Source: Fonticula alba ATCC 38817 (Eukaryota; Protista; Nucleariida). From it: a stretch of DNA of 64,000 nt. The stretch is taken from NCBI GenBank assembly GCA_000388065.2, contig KB932207.1, one strand, 5' to 3'. The position numbers and the translations under genes were made by a program. The notes under the pieces were generated by a model, which saw only the letters and a list, made by a program, of their open reading frames with translations, had not been told where the DNA came from and did not search any database. This document shows positions 12,176 to 24,623 of the stretch, piece by piece (position 1 is the stretch's first letter; the number at the start of each line of letters is the position of its first letter).

Positions 12176-13148
12176 GCCGGACCAGCAGGAGGGGGATGGG
12201 GATGGGCAGTGGAGGAGAGGGGAGGGGGAGGGGAGAGAGAGAGAGATAGAGAGAAGGGAAGGGAAGGGAGGAAAGGCACCGCGGGCAGGAAAGGAAAGGT
12301 GGGAGCGATGTCCTGCTCGGAGAGGAGGGGGGGGGGGGGGCGAATGCGGGGAGCCCGTAAGGCTTGCGAGGCCGGCCGGGGTCCGGAAATATGCGCGCCC
12401 TGACGAATCCTCGCCAGGGGACCTGGTCGCCGGGCTCCGCCGAGAGGCGCGCCAAAGCATGGTCACCTGCTGAAAGGCTGTTGCTGGGGGCGCAGATCCA
12501 TGCCCCATGCCAAGGGGGGGGGGGGGGACAGTTGCCGGCTGATGGCGGCCAGCGACTGCATCCCCGGCGATGATCGGCCAAGGGCGGTGACACAGCGCGC
12601 CCGGGGGATGCATTCGTGTGGGGTCCAGCTTGCATGGGTGCGGGGGTGCGTTGTTGCGCTGCCCGGGCGCCGGGCGCGCTGGCAGGCCGCTGCGTTGAGG
12701 CGGCTGCCAGCCCCGGCGGCGGGTGCGCACGGTCGGCCGGCCACACCCTGGCGGCACAAATGGGGTAGCTAATGCCCCCCCCCCCTCCGCTCTCTCCCCG
12801 GGAGGGAACGGGTTTTTTGACCGACTGAGAATGAGGGAGGCGTGCCGACGGACCCGGGCTGCGGGTACGCACGCGCACAGAGGTTTGGCGTCGGGTGACA
12901 AGTGCAGGTCACGTGCTGACACGTTGTGGGTCAAGCACCCGCAGAGAAGTCCATCCCCGGCGCCCCCAGAGGCGAAGGCCAGGCGGCGTATGAGGGGAGG
13001 AGAGCAACAGCAACAACAACACACACGGGCAGGATATGGGACACAAATGGGAGTCTATACGGGGGAAGAAGGAGGACAGAAGAGGGACTCGGCGCCGGCA
13101 GGCAAAAGGGAGCCCAGGCCCATGGGTCCCCCTGCCGGCCCCTGCCAA

Positions 13149-14799
13149 TCAACAAGAGGCAGGGCCGGCCGCGGCTTCAACACGCGGGCGCTTGCTGGGG
13201 GGCTCGCCGAGCCCCGGATCGGGGGTGGCCTCCTCGGTCGGCGGCCAGGCCAGCTCCACTTCGAACACATCCAGGGCCACAATGTCCACCGGGGATTCGG
13301 TCGTGTGATTGGCGCTCGCGGGCCAGAAGGGGCCGGCCGGATTGATGCCGAGGAACTGCGACCCGAAGGAGGGGCTGGTGCGGCCGAGATCCCCATGTAC
13401 GAACTCCTTGATGTAGCTGCTCGGGAGGGGGGGGGGAGGAGAGGTGAACGAGTGAGTTGCCCTTTGCCTTCCTGCTAGCAGAGGAAAGGGGCGGGAGGGG
13501 GGGGGGGGCGCGGACGGCGAGAGGAGGCGGCACCCCGCGCAGGGAGGGAAAGGGGCGGAGCCGAAGAAACGCACGTGCCCGACTGGGTGGTGAGGAAGAG
13601 CTCAAAGTACCGAGCGCCGGAGTCCAGGGGCTGGTGCCAAATGGGCCGGAGCTGCATGGCGTGGATGTGACGCACGCGGGTCATCGGCGCGCGGCTGGCC
13701 CGGGGGACGCGTGCGAGAGGAGGCCGGGAACGGCAGAGCATCCGGGTGAGTATGGGAATGCTCGAGGCGCAGGGGGGGGGAGGGGGGAGGCGGGCGTGGC
13801 CCAAGCGTCTACGCACCGGTGAAGCACGCGCAGCGGCGTATCCTGATTCAGGGCCAGATCGCGGGTATCGGCCACCCGGCGAATGAGATCGGCCAGAGCC
13901 GGCTCCACGCGAGCCAGATCCTCCTGCATGAGGCGCTCGGCGGCGTCGGCACTGTCCACCGGGGAGGTGGTGGCCGTGGTGGCCGCCGGTCCGGCCTGAC
14001 GCCGGGCCTGGAAATCCTCCGACTGGCTTGAGAGGAGCCCATTCCGGGCCAGGACGTCGGCGCGGACGCGCACCACCGCCCGGTAGGTTTTGGTTTTTTC
14101 GGCCTCGGCCGCGGCATCCGGAACCCGAATGGGATTGGTCTGCTCGAGGGTCAGGCTGACTAGCTGCTCGCGGTGCAGGCGCACCGGCTGGCCGCCGGCC
14201 GAGCCGACACACGCGGCCGGCAGCCCCGCGATCAGGTCGGGGTCAGTGGCCGAGTCCGGACGCTGGCGCAATGCCCGGCCGAAGGCCTCGGCCTCGGGCC
14301 CGGCGAGCCGGGAAATGGCCGCTCCCAGGGCGGCCAGCGAGGCCGGGCCCGGGCGGTGCCGCGGGTTCTGAAGCTCCACATAGAAGGGCCGACCCTGGCC
14401 GAGCATCCGCACGTCGGCATCCTCCCGGCCGGACCCGACAAACACCGCTCCACCGGCGCCGGTGAGCGCCGACAGCGGCTTGGCCAGGGCCTCTTCCACC
14501 GAAAGGGCGGTCTTACGGGTGGGCCCGGCTCCGCCGGACCCGGCGGAGGCCGGGCCGGAGTCCTCATCCGCCAGCTGGTCGATGCGGCCGCCGATGACCC
14601 AGATCGATTGGGACACCTCGCGAGAGTGCTTGGTGTAGCGGCCTGTTGGCATCCAAGAGAAGCCCGTGGGGGGGGGCGGGGGGCGGGGGGCGGGGGGCGG
14701 GAAGAGAGGAGGGAGGGGCAATCGCAACAGTGAGTCGTCGGGCAGGATGACAGGAGCAGCGCCATGGAAGAAGGAGAGACAAGTGGAGCGCGTGCACCC

Positions 14800-14834
<35 letters not shown>

Positions 14835-16011
14835 GACATCAACGGCCGACCAAGGGCGCGCACGCACCGGCAATGTAGAGCGACGGGGAAGTGAAGGCGC
14901 AAGTCATGCGCAGAGGCGACCCCGGGCGCGGGAGGTCCGGCACCACGGACAGATCGGCGCCGGAGAAGGGGGGCCGCTGGCCGGCATGCATGCGCAGGCC
15001 ATACTCCAGCCAGGTGAAGGAGATGCCCGGCTCGGTCGCCGGGGTGGGGGGCACATCGGCGGCGCCAGTCGAGGCGCCGGCCCCCGCGCTGTCGACGGCC
15101 GGGATGGTGGCGTCGCCACCGTCGGCCGGGGCGTCGGTCGGATTGGCGCCATCGACCGGGACATCGGCCTCGGGGGAGGCCGGCGGCATGGCCGGCGTCG
15201 GCACCTTGTAGCGGGTCAGGGCCGACACCAGGATGCCCGGCTGCAGGACCGCATACGGGTGGTTGACCTTGCGCGGGTCGGTTTGGGGGATGCGCGCCGG
15301 CCCGGCCTCGGCCGGCAGGTCGCTCAAAACCCGGAGATCGGCATGGGCTCCGGAATAGTCGAATGCCAGGGTGATTCGCACCTCGATGGCCGGGTCGTAA
15401 CGACCGTGGCTCGGGCGCTCGGCGGTGGCCTCCGCGATCAGGGCCTGGCAGACGGCCCGCGCGCCGGAACGCACATCCAGGGGGGTGGGCATTTTGTCAC
15501 TAGAGAGGGGACAGGGGGAGGGGGAGGGGGGAACCTGTGAGTAGCGAACAATGAAGGAGGACCTCCGCGAGTGGATGAGGCCGGAGGGACGAGGCCGGAC
15601 ATGGGGGGGGGGACGCCAGACTACCTACCTGATCTTGGTGCAAACAACGTAAAGACGCATGAGGCGCAGCTGCAGGGAGGCCGGGACATCATTCACCAGG
15701 ACCTCGAAGGTGCCGGGGAAGGGGTCAAACGCGCGGGCGCTCTGGCCGACCTCCTCCAAGAAGCTGGGCGCCGTGCACTGACGGAAGAGGCCGAAGCAGA
15801 TGGCGCAGTCGTCGATCGGGGCGGCCGAGGCAGGCTCGCGGTTCAGAGTCGCCAGGAAGTCGGCCACATTGACCGTGCGCCGGGTTTGCGACAGGATCAA
15901 GCCGCGCCAATCGCCAAAGAGGGCCTGGCAGTGCCGGCAGGCCGAGCTCAGGTGGGCCGCCACCGCGAGGATCTGCCCCTGCAGGATGTCGACCGAGGTC
16001 GGCTCACTCAT
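13149..16011 (-). CDS. PUS10: tRNA pseudouridine synthase Pus10
   Basis: N-terminal CRHC...CAIC zinc-binding pairs. GRYTKHSREVSQ, catalytic SGREDADVRMLGQGRPF, KTKTY, NQDTPLRVLHRR, TQSGTYIKEFVHGDLGRTSPS, DIVALDV. Confidence 0.93.
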
Positions 16012-17879
16012 GGGCGAGGACCACGGGAGAAGGAACGCGAGAGGCGTTCACGTGGAAACAGAGGGAGCGGGGACGGGGGAAAGAGGACAGGCCGGAAGAG
16101 ACGGGCCGGCGGGGGGGGGGGGGGAGCCAAGGGGGGGGAAAGGGGGGGGGGGGGGGGGGGGGAAAGGGGGGGGGGGGGGGGGGGCGGGGGGGGGGGGGGG
16201 GGGGGGGAGCCAATGCGCGAGAAACGGGCGGGGAGGAGGCAGGGGACAGGGAGACAGGCGGCGAGGGGAGGCGAGGGGGTGGCATAGACGCACCCCGGCA
16301 CCGAGTGCCGGCACAGCCGACCGAAGAACAGCGCCGCGGGATCTACTTCTCGCGTCGAGGCGGAGGGGCGCATGGCGGCGCAAGGAAGTACCAACGCAAA
16401 GTCCCGTGAGTCCATGTGATCTGCGGCCCCTCGAGCCGGCGAACTTCTTGGGCCGCCGCATAACCCCCGGTCCGTCCCCCCCCCCCCCCTCGGTGTCTCC
16501 GCCTCCGCCGGTTGGCGGCGAGTCCGGGCTGGGAACGGCCCGATGCCGCGGGCGGGCCGGGGGGGGGCAAGCGGAACCGTCCGTTGCAGGAAGGGGAAAA
16601 CAGGCGATTCCGCGTATCGCGCTGCGTGCGCACGAGCGTGTGCCCCCGGCGGGGACGGGCCGGGCCGGGGCAGGGCGCGGGGGCGAGGCACCGGCCACAC
16701 AAAGGGGAAGGTGGGCCACGTAAGACGCGGTGGGCTGGTGGCGGACACACACGGCCTGGCTCCGCCTGGGGGTCTGCGTTTCTCCTGCGCGTATGCCCCA
16801 GTTGGGAGGGCGCCCCAACTGACAATGCTCGCGGGCACTGGTCCATCGCCAATCTGCAGGCGCCGCGAACTTTGATGTCGGGTGTGGCTCCGTCGGTGGT
16901 GCGTGTCAGAGGGGGAGGGGGGGGCGTGCAAAGAAACGCGCACGCCGGGGGAAGAGCCAGGGGGGGGGGGGGACCGGTAATTCCCGGGCGAACGGCCAGA
17001 ACCCGGGGCGAAGCGGACTATGCAGCATGCCTTAGCGCGGCGCGAGGGTCCAGACGCGTGTGGTTCCCGTCGGGCCAGCGCCCCCGCCTTCCGCACCGAG
17101 CGCCGGTGCGCCCGGCCGCCCGGCCGCCCGGTGCAAGGCAAAGAAAACGGCTGAAAGTTGAAGCCCATCGCCGGGGGAAGGGAGTGGCCCGAGCAGCGAG
17201 AGGCCTCTCCATCGGCCATTCAGCACCAGCAGGAGGCATGCCGTGGAGGCTCTCGACCAGCCGCGATCGGCCGGAACGGATTCCCTGCCACACCCCCCCC
17301 CCCCCCCCCGCCCGGCACCCCCCCCTGAAGGCGCACGGCGCGAATGTGCGCAGGCACGCCCATGCCCCGAGAGGCTGGCAATGCCGGACGACGCGTGGAG
17401 CACAGGGGGCCCCAGGGGGCGCCGGCCCCTCGTCCCTTTGCCCGCCTCACTGGCGGGCGCCGAGGCAAGCTCGCCATGATCGAGGCAGGGCACGAGCGCG
17501 CCTGTTGGCCCGGCCGCCCGGCCGCCGAGGGGCGGAAACCCCTACGACGGGAGCTGGGTCCGATGCCATTGACCTTTTTCGGGGAAACTCCCACCGCCGG
17601 CTGCGCCACCTCGGGCGCGACCCCAACACCCTCTCCCCTCCTCCCCGCTCCTCCCNNNNNNNNNNNNNNNNNNNNNNNNNNNNNNNNNNNNNNNNNNNNN
17701 NNNNNNNNNNNNNNNNNNNNNNNNNNNNNNNNNNNNNNNNNNNNNNNNNNNNNNNNNNNNNNNNNNNNNNNNNNNNNNNNNNNNNNNNCGCTCGCTCGCT
17801 CGCTCGCGCGCCCTCTTGGTCCTCCTGCCCCCTCCCTCTCTCTCTCTCTCTCTTTCTCCCCCTGTGTGTTGGCCTGGGC

Positions 17880-20428
17880 TCCGTTCCCTCCCAAACAGAG
17901 ACGCCCCCGCCGGTGTCGACCCCCCTGGATGACAGTGTTCTCTTCAATGACACGGAGGCCCGCCCGGACCAGCCGATCATCAATGTCGACGCCCTGCGCG
18001 AGCATTTCTCCCGCGAGGGGCGCCTGACCACGGCCCAGGTCCACCGGATTGTCGATGCCGCCACGCAAATCCTCACCGCCGAGCCAAATGTCCTGCACAT
18101 TCCCGCTCCGATCACCAGTGCGTCAAGATCAGGCCCCTGCCCTGGGCACTCCCCCCCCCCCTCCCCTCCCGCCTGGAGCGATGCTCTTTGGCGCCTCTCC
18201 TGCCGCCCCTTCCTCCGCGCTCCCCTCCGTCCTGCCCCGTCTTCGGCCCCTGCTAATGCCCCCGGATTGCGGCCAGTTTGCGGCGACATCCACGGCCAGT
18301 ACTATGACCTGGTCAAGCTGCTGGATGTCGGCGGTCACCCCTCCGAGACCCGGTATCTGTTCCTGGGTGACTATGTTGATCGTGGGTACTTCTCGGTGGA
18401 GGTGCGTGTCGATGCATCGATCGATCGTGTCCCCCGTCTCTGCTCACCTGGCTCGCTGACTTCCCCCTGCCCCTGTCGCCGCTCCTTGTTGTGTCTTCAC
18501 CTTTTCCTGTTGACTGGTTCGCCTCGGGGCTTCCTTCTTTCCTTTTTTTTTTTTGCTGCCCGGCCCCCTCTCCTGGGCGTCCTCGCACATGCATGCCCCC
18601 CTCTGCCCGACCGCCTTCCCGCCCTCCCGCCCTCCCTCTCCTCCAGTGTGTCCTCTACCTCTTTGCCCTCAAGATTGCCTACCCGCAGAATGTCTTCCTC
18701 CTGCGCGGGAACCATGAGTGCCGGCACTTGACCGACTACTTCACCTTCAAGCTGGAGTGCATCACGAAGTATGACGAGATGCTGTATGACTTGCTGATGT
18801 TGGCCTTCGACGCGCTTCCCCTGGCGGCGGTCGTCAACAAGCAGTTCTTCTGTGTGCACGGCGGCCTGTCGCCATCGATTCAAACCCCGGCCGATGTGGA
18901 CAAGGTGCGCTCGGAGGATGGCCACCTTTCCCCTCTTACCTGGCCTTTGGCGGCCTTGCCACGCCCTTGCTAATGCGTGACCTTCCCCCTCGCCCTCCCT
19001 CCCCCCCCCCGCCCTCCTCCTCCCTGGCGTTCGACCTCCCGGATCTCAGATCGACCGCTTCCGCGAGCCGCCCAGCTCCGGCCCCATGTGTGATCTCCTT
19101 TGGTCCGACCCGTCGGAGGACTATGATGAGAGCGTCTCCACCGACTCCTATGACCACTTCCAGCACAACTCCACCCGCGGGTGCTCCTATTTCTACACGT
19201 ACGCCCCCTGGCCCGCTGGGGGCCAGCCTCGCCTGATCCCCCACTCGCGGCTCCCTCCCGTCCGCGTCCTCCTCTAACCTGGCGGCCCTCCGGGCTCCCC
19301 TCACTGTGGCAGGTTCGCCGCCACCTGCGCCTTCCTCGAGCGGAACAAACTGCTGTCGGTCATTCGCGCGCACGAGGCCCAGGACTCCGGGTACGTGCCC
19401 CCTTTCCCTGGACTCCCCTCTGCCGGCCCCTCCCTTCCCTCGGCGCCCTTTCGCGTCCCGAGCCCGTTCTTTTGTCACTAACAAGGCAGGGGCGCCTCCC
19501 CCCCCCCCCTCTCCTCTCCCTCGCGCTTGCCCAGGTATCGCATGTATCGGAAGAACCCGACCACCGGCTTCCCCTCTCTGATTACGCTCTTCTCGGCGCC
19601 GAATTATCTGGACGTCTACAACAACAAGGGTACCCCCCCCCCCCCTGCGCCAGTTGCCCCTGTGTCCATCTTGACCACCGTGCTGACCCCCCAGCTCTCT
19701 GACCCTGCTTTGCAGCGGCCATTTTGAAGTACGACACCAATGTCATGAACATCCGCCAGTTCAGCTTCTCCCCCCATCCGTACTGGCTGCCGAACTTCAT
19801 GGACGTCTTCTCCTGGTCCCTGCCCTTCGTGGCGGAGAAGAGTGCGTGCTCTAAGACCGGTGCCGGGGTTTTTTTTTTTGCCTGGCCGGCCTGTGCGAGC
19901 CAGGATGCCTGATGCCGATGCCTGTACTCACGCTGCCCTCTTCTTCTCTCTCTCTCCCTCTCCCCCCCGCCCCCGCTCCCACTCTCGTTTTGCCTGTCCC
20001 TCCGTCTTGTGGGGGACTTTGTTGCAGTTTCCGACATGCTTGGGAGCGTGCTCTCGGTGGTGACGGAGGACGAACTCAAGCAGGAGCTTGCCCAGGGGCC
20101 GGTCAGCCTGACCCCCGGGCAGTCGCCCGGCTTGCCGTCCATCGTGCTGCCGAGCGAGGCTGGCGACACCGCCGGCGGCGAGACCACCACCGAGGAGGCC
20201 CTCGTGTCGGACAAGGACCGCGAGGCCCGGCGCGAGGCCATTCGGTCGAAGATCATGGCTGTGGCCCGCATGTCTCGGGTGTTCTCGGTCATCCGGTGCG
20301 CCAATTTTACTTTTGACCTCCTCCTCCTCCGTCGCCCTGTCTCCCCTCTCCCTCCGGCGTGCGGGAGGGGGGGGAGCCTGGGTGAAACCTGCCGCGCCAT
20401 GTGGCACATCGCCTGCCCTTTGCCCCTA

Positions 20429-20462
<34 letters not shown>

Positions 20463-21075
20463 TATGCCCTGGCGCGCACATGCCACAGCGAGCAGCATGA
20501 GAGCATCGTCCAGCTCAAGGGCCTGTACGGGACTGGCCAGCTGCCGCAGGGCCTCCTGGCTCAAGGCAAGGCTGGTATTGATGCGGGTGCGTGGGGGGCT
20601 CCTTTTTTTTTCCCGCCGGCACACATGCACTCCTCTCGCCACCCGAGCATTTCGTCAGCAAGGGTTGGGGGGGGGGGGGGGGGGGGGGCGGGCCCAACCG
20701 CCTGCAAAAGGGTCCCCCGAGAGACGTCCCCTAACCCCGGGCCTCGCCACTCGGGGCGGGGAAAAAAAAACAGCCCTCCAGGACTTCAAGTCCGCCCAGC
20801 AGGCTGACAAGCCGAACGAGGCGATGCCCCCTCGTCGCGACGACTTGGAGATTACATCGGCCGTTACGGCCATGCGCCTGGGTCGGCGCGGCAGCACCGG
20901 CGCCTGCAGCTCCACCGATAACCTCCTGCTGGCAGCCCAGCTGCAGCAGCAGCAGCAGCTGGGCGCCGCCGGGTCGGCAGACTCCCCGGACTCCGCCGGC
21001 GCCGATGCGCCCCCGTCCATCGCCACGGCGGTCATTTCCCTGGACTCGGAGATGTCCGAGCCCGCCGACCAGTGA
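17880..21075 (+). CDS. CNA1: Calcineurin A (PP2B) catalytic subunit; the first exon probably lies in or before the gap at 17656-17788
   Basis: [41 protein letters not shown]. CnB-binding [23 protein letters not shown], calmodulin-binding [24 protein letters not shown] and autoinhibitory [17 protein letters not shown] segments are present. Confidence 0.96.
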
Positions 21076-21171
21076 ACAGTCAAAGAGGCGCGCTTGGCGG
21101 CGGGGCAGGCCCCAGGGTCGCCCGCTCGTCCTGCTTCCTCCCTCCTCTCCGCCACTTCGTCCACCTTCTCC

Positions 21172-21206
21172 GCTGGTGCTCCCTCCCCTCTGTCGCCTGG
21201 AGCACC
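21172..21206. repeat. 35-nt hairpin element, copy 1 (about 100 nt downstream of the calcineurin A stop)
   Basis: GCTGGTGCTCCCTCCCCTCTGTCGCCTGGAGCACC, identical to 23021-23055; GGTGCTCC/GGAGCACC 8-bp inverted repeat. Confidence 0.85.
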
Positions 21207-22415
21207 GCTTTCCCTTAGTTTTCATCCCCCCTCCATGCCACAATACACACATTTCCTCCTCTGCTGGGCGTGGTGCCGTGTGCATATGTGTGCCCGATTT
21301 CTGCATGTTGTCAGGCGGGGGGGGGGGGTGGCATACACCACTCGCGGGCGTGCCGCGCGGCTGCCGGCCCCCCCCCCCCCCCCCCCTCCCCCCGGGGGGG
21401 AACACGNNNNNNNNNNCCCCCCCCCCCCCCTCCCCCCGGGGGGGAACACGGAACAAAAAACCGGACAGCCATGACCCGCCCCGCGCGAGATAATGCCCGC
21501 CCGAGGGCCCTCTCGCCAGCCGCGCCGGGCTTGCGCCTTCGCGGGCGCGGAAATTCCGCTCCCCGGGCGGCCCGCCCCCGAGAGACAGAATCGTTGGCAC
21601 CTGGCGGCCCATCTCCGCCGGCCCCGGCGGCGGCTTGGGGGCCGGGGGCGACCGGATGATACGACGGCCGCCAGGGAGCCCAGTCAGACATTACCTCACA
21701 CCAGGGTATCCCCGCGGTATATCACACATCCCAACGTAAAGGTTGCATGGAATCCGGCCGCCGCGCCCCGGGCGCGCGGGCGCGGGCGCGCTCGACAAGC
21801 TCCGGAGGAGATCCGCCGCGGCCTTCTGCCCCGGGGGAGGCTGATCTTTTCCGAGGGGGGGTGCGCGATCCACGCGACCGATCGGCCCCGGCCGGGCCTT
21901 CCGACTGCCGGAGTACTCGTCACCAGCAATGTGCCACGCTCTGTGCCGGGTGGGCCCCGTGTGTGGCTTCGCCCCCGGGCGCGGCGGTGCCCCTCTTGTG
22001 GGGCTCCTCCCTGCCTTTTTCCGTGTCCCGCAGCCGGCTACGGTGGCCGCGCCGCGGACGGGGGGCCTGGCAGGGCGGGGCGGTCCTTCTCGCCAAGGCT
22101 GCTGCTGGCTGGTGTGCCGCCGCCGCCACCACACAGCGGGCCTTTTCGTGCAGCGCCCCAGCCCCTGTTCAGCTAGGAACCACAATCAAGCATCTGCTAC
22201 CGCTGTCCCTCCTCCCCTCCGTCTCCACAACATATCCGAGACTCCGGTTGTGTTTCTTCTTCCTTTTCCCCCTGTTGCCTCCCCCGGACACGCCTCTCCC
22301 TGCCTGTCACCCGGCGCTGTGCGTATCGCTCCTGGTCCGCCGTGTACCAGCGCCCCTCCCCTCGGCCGGTCCCCTGTCCTCCTGCCTTGCCCCGCCTGCA
22401 ACCCCCTCTCGGTGC

Positions 22416-22455
<40 letters not shown>

Positions 22456-22540
22456 TCGCGCGCGCGTGTGTGTATGGGTGCTGCCTGTGCTGCATGCCGC
22501 GTGGGTGCCTGCCCTGTCAGCTTGATTTCTTTCCCCAACC

Positions 22541-24300
22541 ATGGCCCTTGACTTGGGCGGTGTCCCCCGCCGGGCCGGCCGCCCGGCCGACGGGCAACTC
22601 ATGCGCGCGGCCGGCCTGGCCTTGCTCGTGTGGAGCTGCCTCGCGCTGTCGGTCACGGCCATCGGCCCTGCTGCCGGCGCCACAGACCCCACCGACCTGG
22701 AGGGGCCCTCACCTCTGACCACCCTCTCGAGCGCCCTGTCCCCGGAGGAGCTGGCCGAGCTGACCCAGAAGATTCGCGGAACCTACGCCGGGGATGTTCA
22801 CTACTCCATCCGGCCGGTGGCCAATGAGCGGCACAATTTGGAGCTTGCCCGGTCCGGCGTGTACCACGTCGAGAAGGGCCGCGGATACATGGTATGTCCA
22901 GGGCGCATGGCCGGTGTGCCGGGCCTTCGCCGATACTCACCCGATGCCTTTGTCCCTTCCCGGCCCTTGCCTGCCCGCCTGCTCGCCTGCCTGTCTCGGA
23001 TGCTCCTATCCGGGCTGCTGGCTGGTGCTCCCTCCCCTCTGTCGCCTGGAGCACCNNNNNNNNNNNNNNNNNNNNNNNNNNNNNNNNNNNNNNNNNNNNN
23101 NNNNNNNNNNNNNNNNNNNNNNNNNNNNNNNNNNNNNNNNNNNNNCCCCGGCCCTGCCTCTGGTCTCGGCGGATGGCATTTTGCTGGGCCCCAGCTCCCC
23201 GGGCCATATGGCTTCTGTCGATCCAATGACCTGTGCTACCTGCCGGACGCCCCGGCGAGTCGCTGCTACTCGCAGTTCTATCCCGAGCTGGCTCTCGGGC
23301 CCACCCCCTACCCGGTTCCCACCGGGACAACGGACGCCGGGCCGACCATGCCCAATGACGACCTTCTCCCCTTCTGGGCCGAGGGCCGGGCCTTCCCACG
23401 GCAGTTCGACCCGGCCACCGAGACCACCGACCTCCGGCCAGCCGGCGACACGACTGATGCCACGGCTGCCATGGAGCCCTCCAGCCAATTCCACTACCCC
23501 CGCTGTAGCTCCTCCATGGCCGACTTCAACTCCTACAACATGACCTACCAGGCACGGCTATACCTGATGGACCTCGACCATCGGGGATACGATCGCCTGG
23601 TGGGGCCGCAGTGGGGCACAGAGCGGGCCATCTGCGAGGCCCTCTTCTCGGATCTCTGCTACATTGTCATGTGGGTACAGAACATTCGTGCTGGGTGCGT
23701 TTCTTCCTCCCTCTTCCTCTCTGGCTTTCTCTTGCTTTCTCTCCCTCTCTTGCTTTCTCTCCCTCTCTTGCTTTCTCTCCCTCTCTGGCTTTCTCTCCAT
23801 CCGCCTCTCGCCCTCCCTTTCCGCAGGAGAAGAGGGGGGAGGAACATGTGCCCTCTTGGGGCCCCTCTCTCAGGTTCTCCTCTTCGTCCCGACGTGTCTC
23901 TCTTCACTGACATGCCCCCCCCCCCCCCATGGACTCTGCCCTCCCGCTTCGATTCCCGGGGCCCCATTGCTCCTGCTTGTGCTGCAACGGGCCGCGTGTG
24001 ACGGCCCAACCGTGTCCCAGCTTCACATGCAACAATGCCAATGCTCTGTACAAGCGCCGAACCGTGAAGCCACCCTGTCGGAACTTCTGCCACCGGGTCA
24101 TCAACAGCTCGGCCACTTGCCACGGCTTCCGGCGAGCGGTCCTTCGCCCAGGCGAAACGACAACCCTCTACTGCTCCATGCTGCCGCCGGTCAACTGCTA
24201 CAATGCGGCTGTGTCGCGGCGCATCCCGACCGGTCGGTCTGCCTTCCAAATGGCCCTGGTGGCCCTCTTGGCAGTGGCGGCTCTGCAGTTGCTCCTTTGA
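22541..24300 (+). CDS. Secreted, probably GPI-anchored cysteine-rich protein with a Frizzled-CRD/Mid1-like Cys pattern
   Basis: Signal-like MRAAGLALLVWSCLALSVTA. Cys-rich ICEALFSDLCYIV...FTC...KPPCRNFCHRVINSSATC...YCSMLPPVNCYNAA. Terminal hydrophobic tail MALVALLAVAALQLLL*. Introns start GTATGT (~22892) and GTGCGT (~23695). The family assignment is a motif-level impression only. Confidence 0.65.
23021..23055. repeat. 35-nt hairpin element, copy 2 (intron 1 of the Cys-rich gene, abutting an N-gap)
   Basis: Exact match to 21172-21206. Confidence 0.8.
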
Positions 24301-24623
24301 GGGGGAGTCGGATGCATGCGCACCCTCCTGGCAGGTCCGGGCGGGAGTCCTGCACAATATACCCCTCCCCTCCTCGGGACACGGCGAGCAAGGAATGGGG
24401 GCTTGGAAAAGGCCCCACAGGGAGGAGGGGGAGCAGGCTATCGGGAGGGAAAAAGGAGCAACAGCGAGGCAAAGAAAGAGAGTGCGGGGACATCGGGACA
24501 CCCATGTGCCGCTGGTGTGTACATTCGGCCCATCCGAGCACACCGCCCGAGTACACCCGCCCGAGGAGGGGGGGGGGGGGGGGGATGTACGCATGTCACA
24601 GGGATGGTCGGCATGAGAGGTGC

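Noticed and set aside
21380-21450. CCCCGGGGGGGAACACG duplicated on both sides of a 10-N gap
   Set aside because: Typical unmerged contig overlap, so an assembly artefact.
23720-23800. 18-bp CT-rich tandem repeat giving LLSLPL/ERERKQ ORFs
   Set aside because: Intronic microsatellite-derived repeat, not coding.
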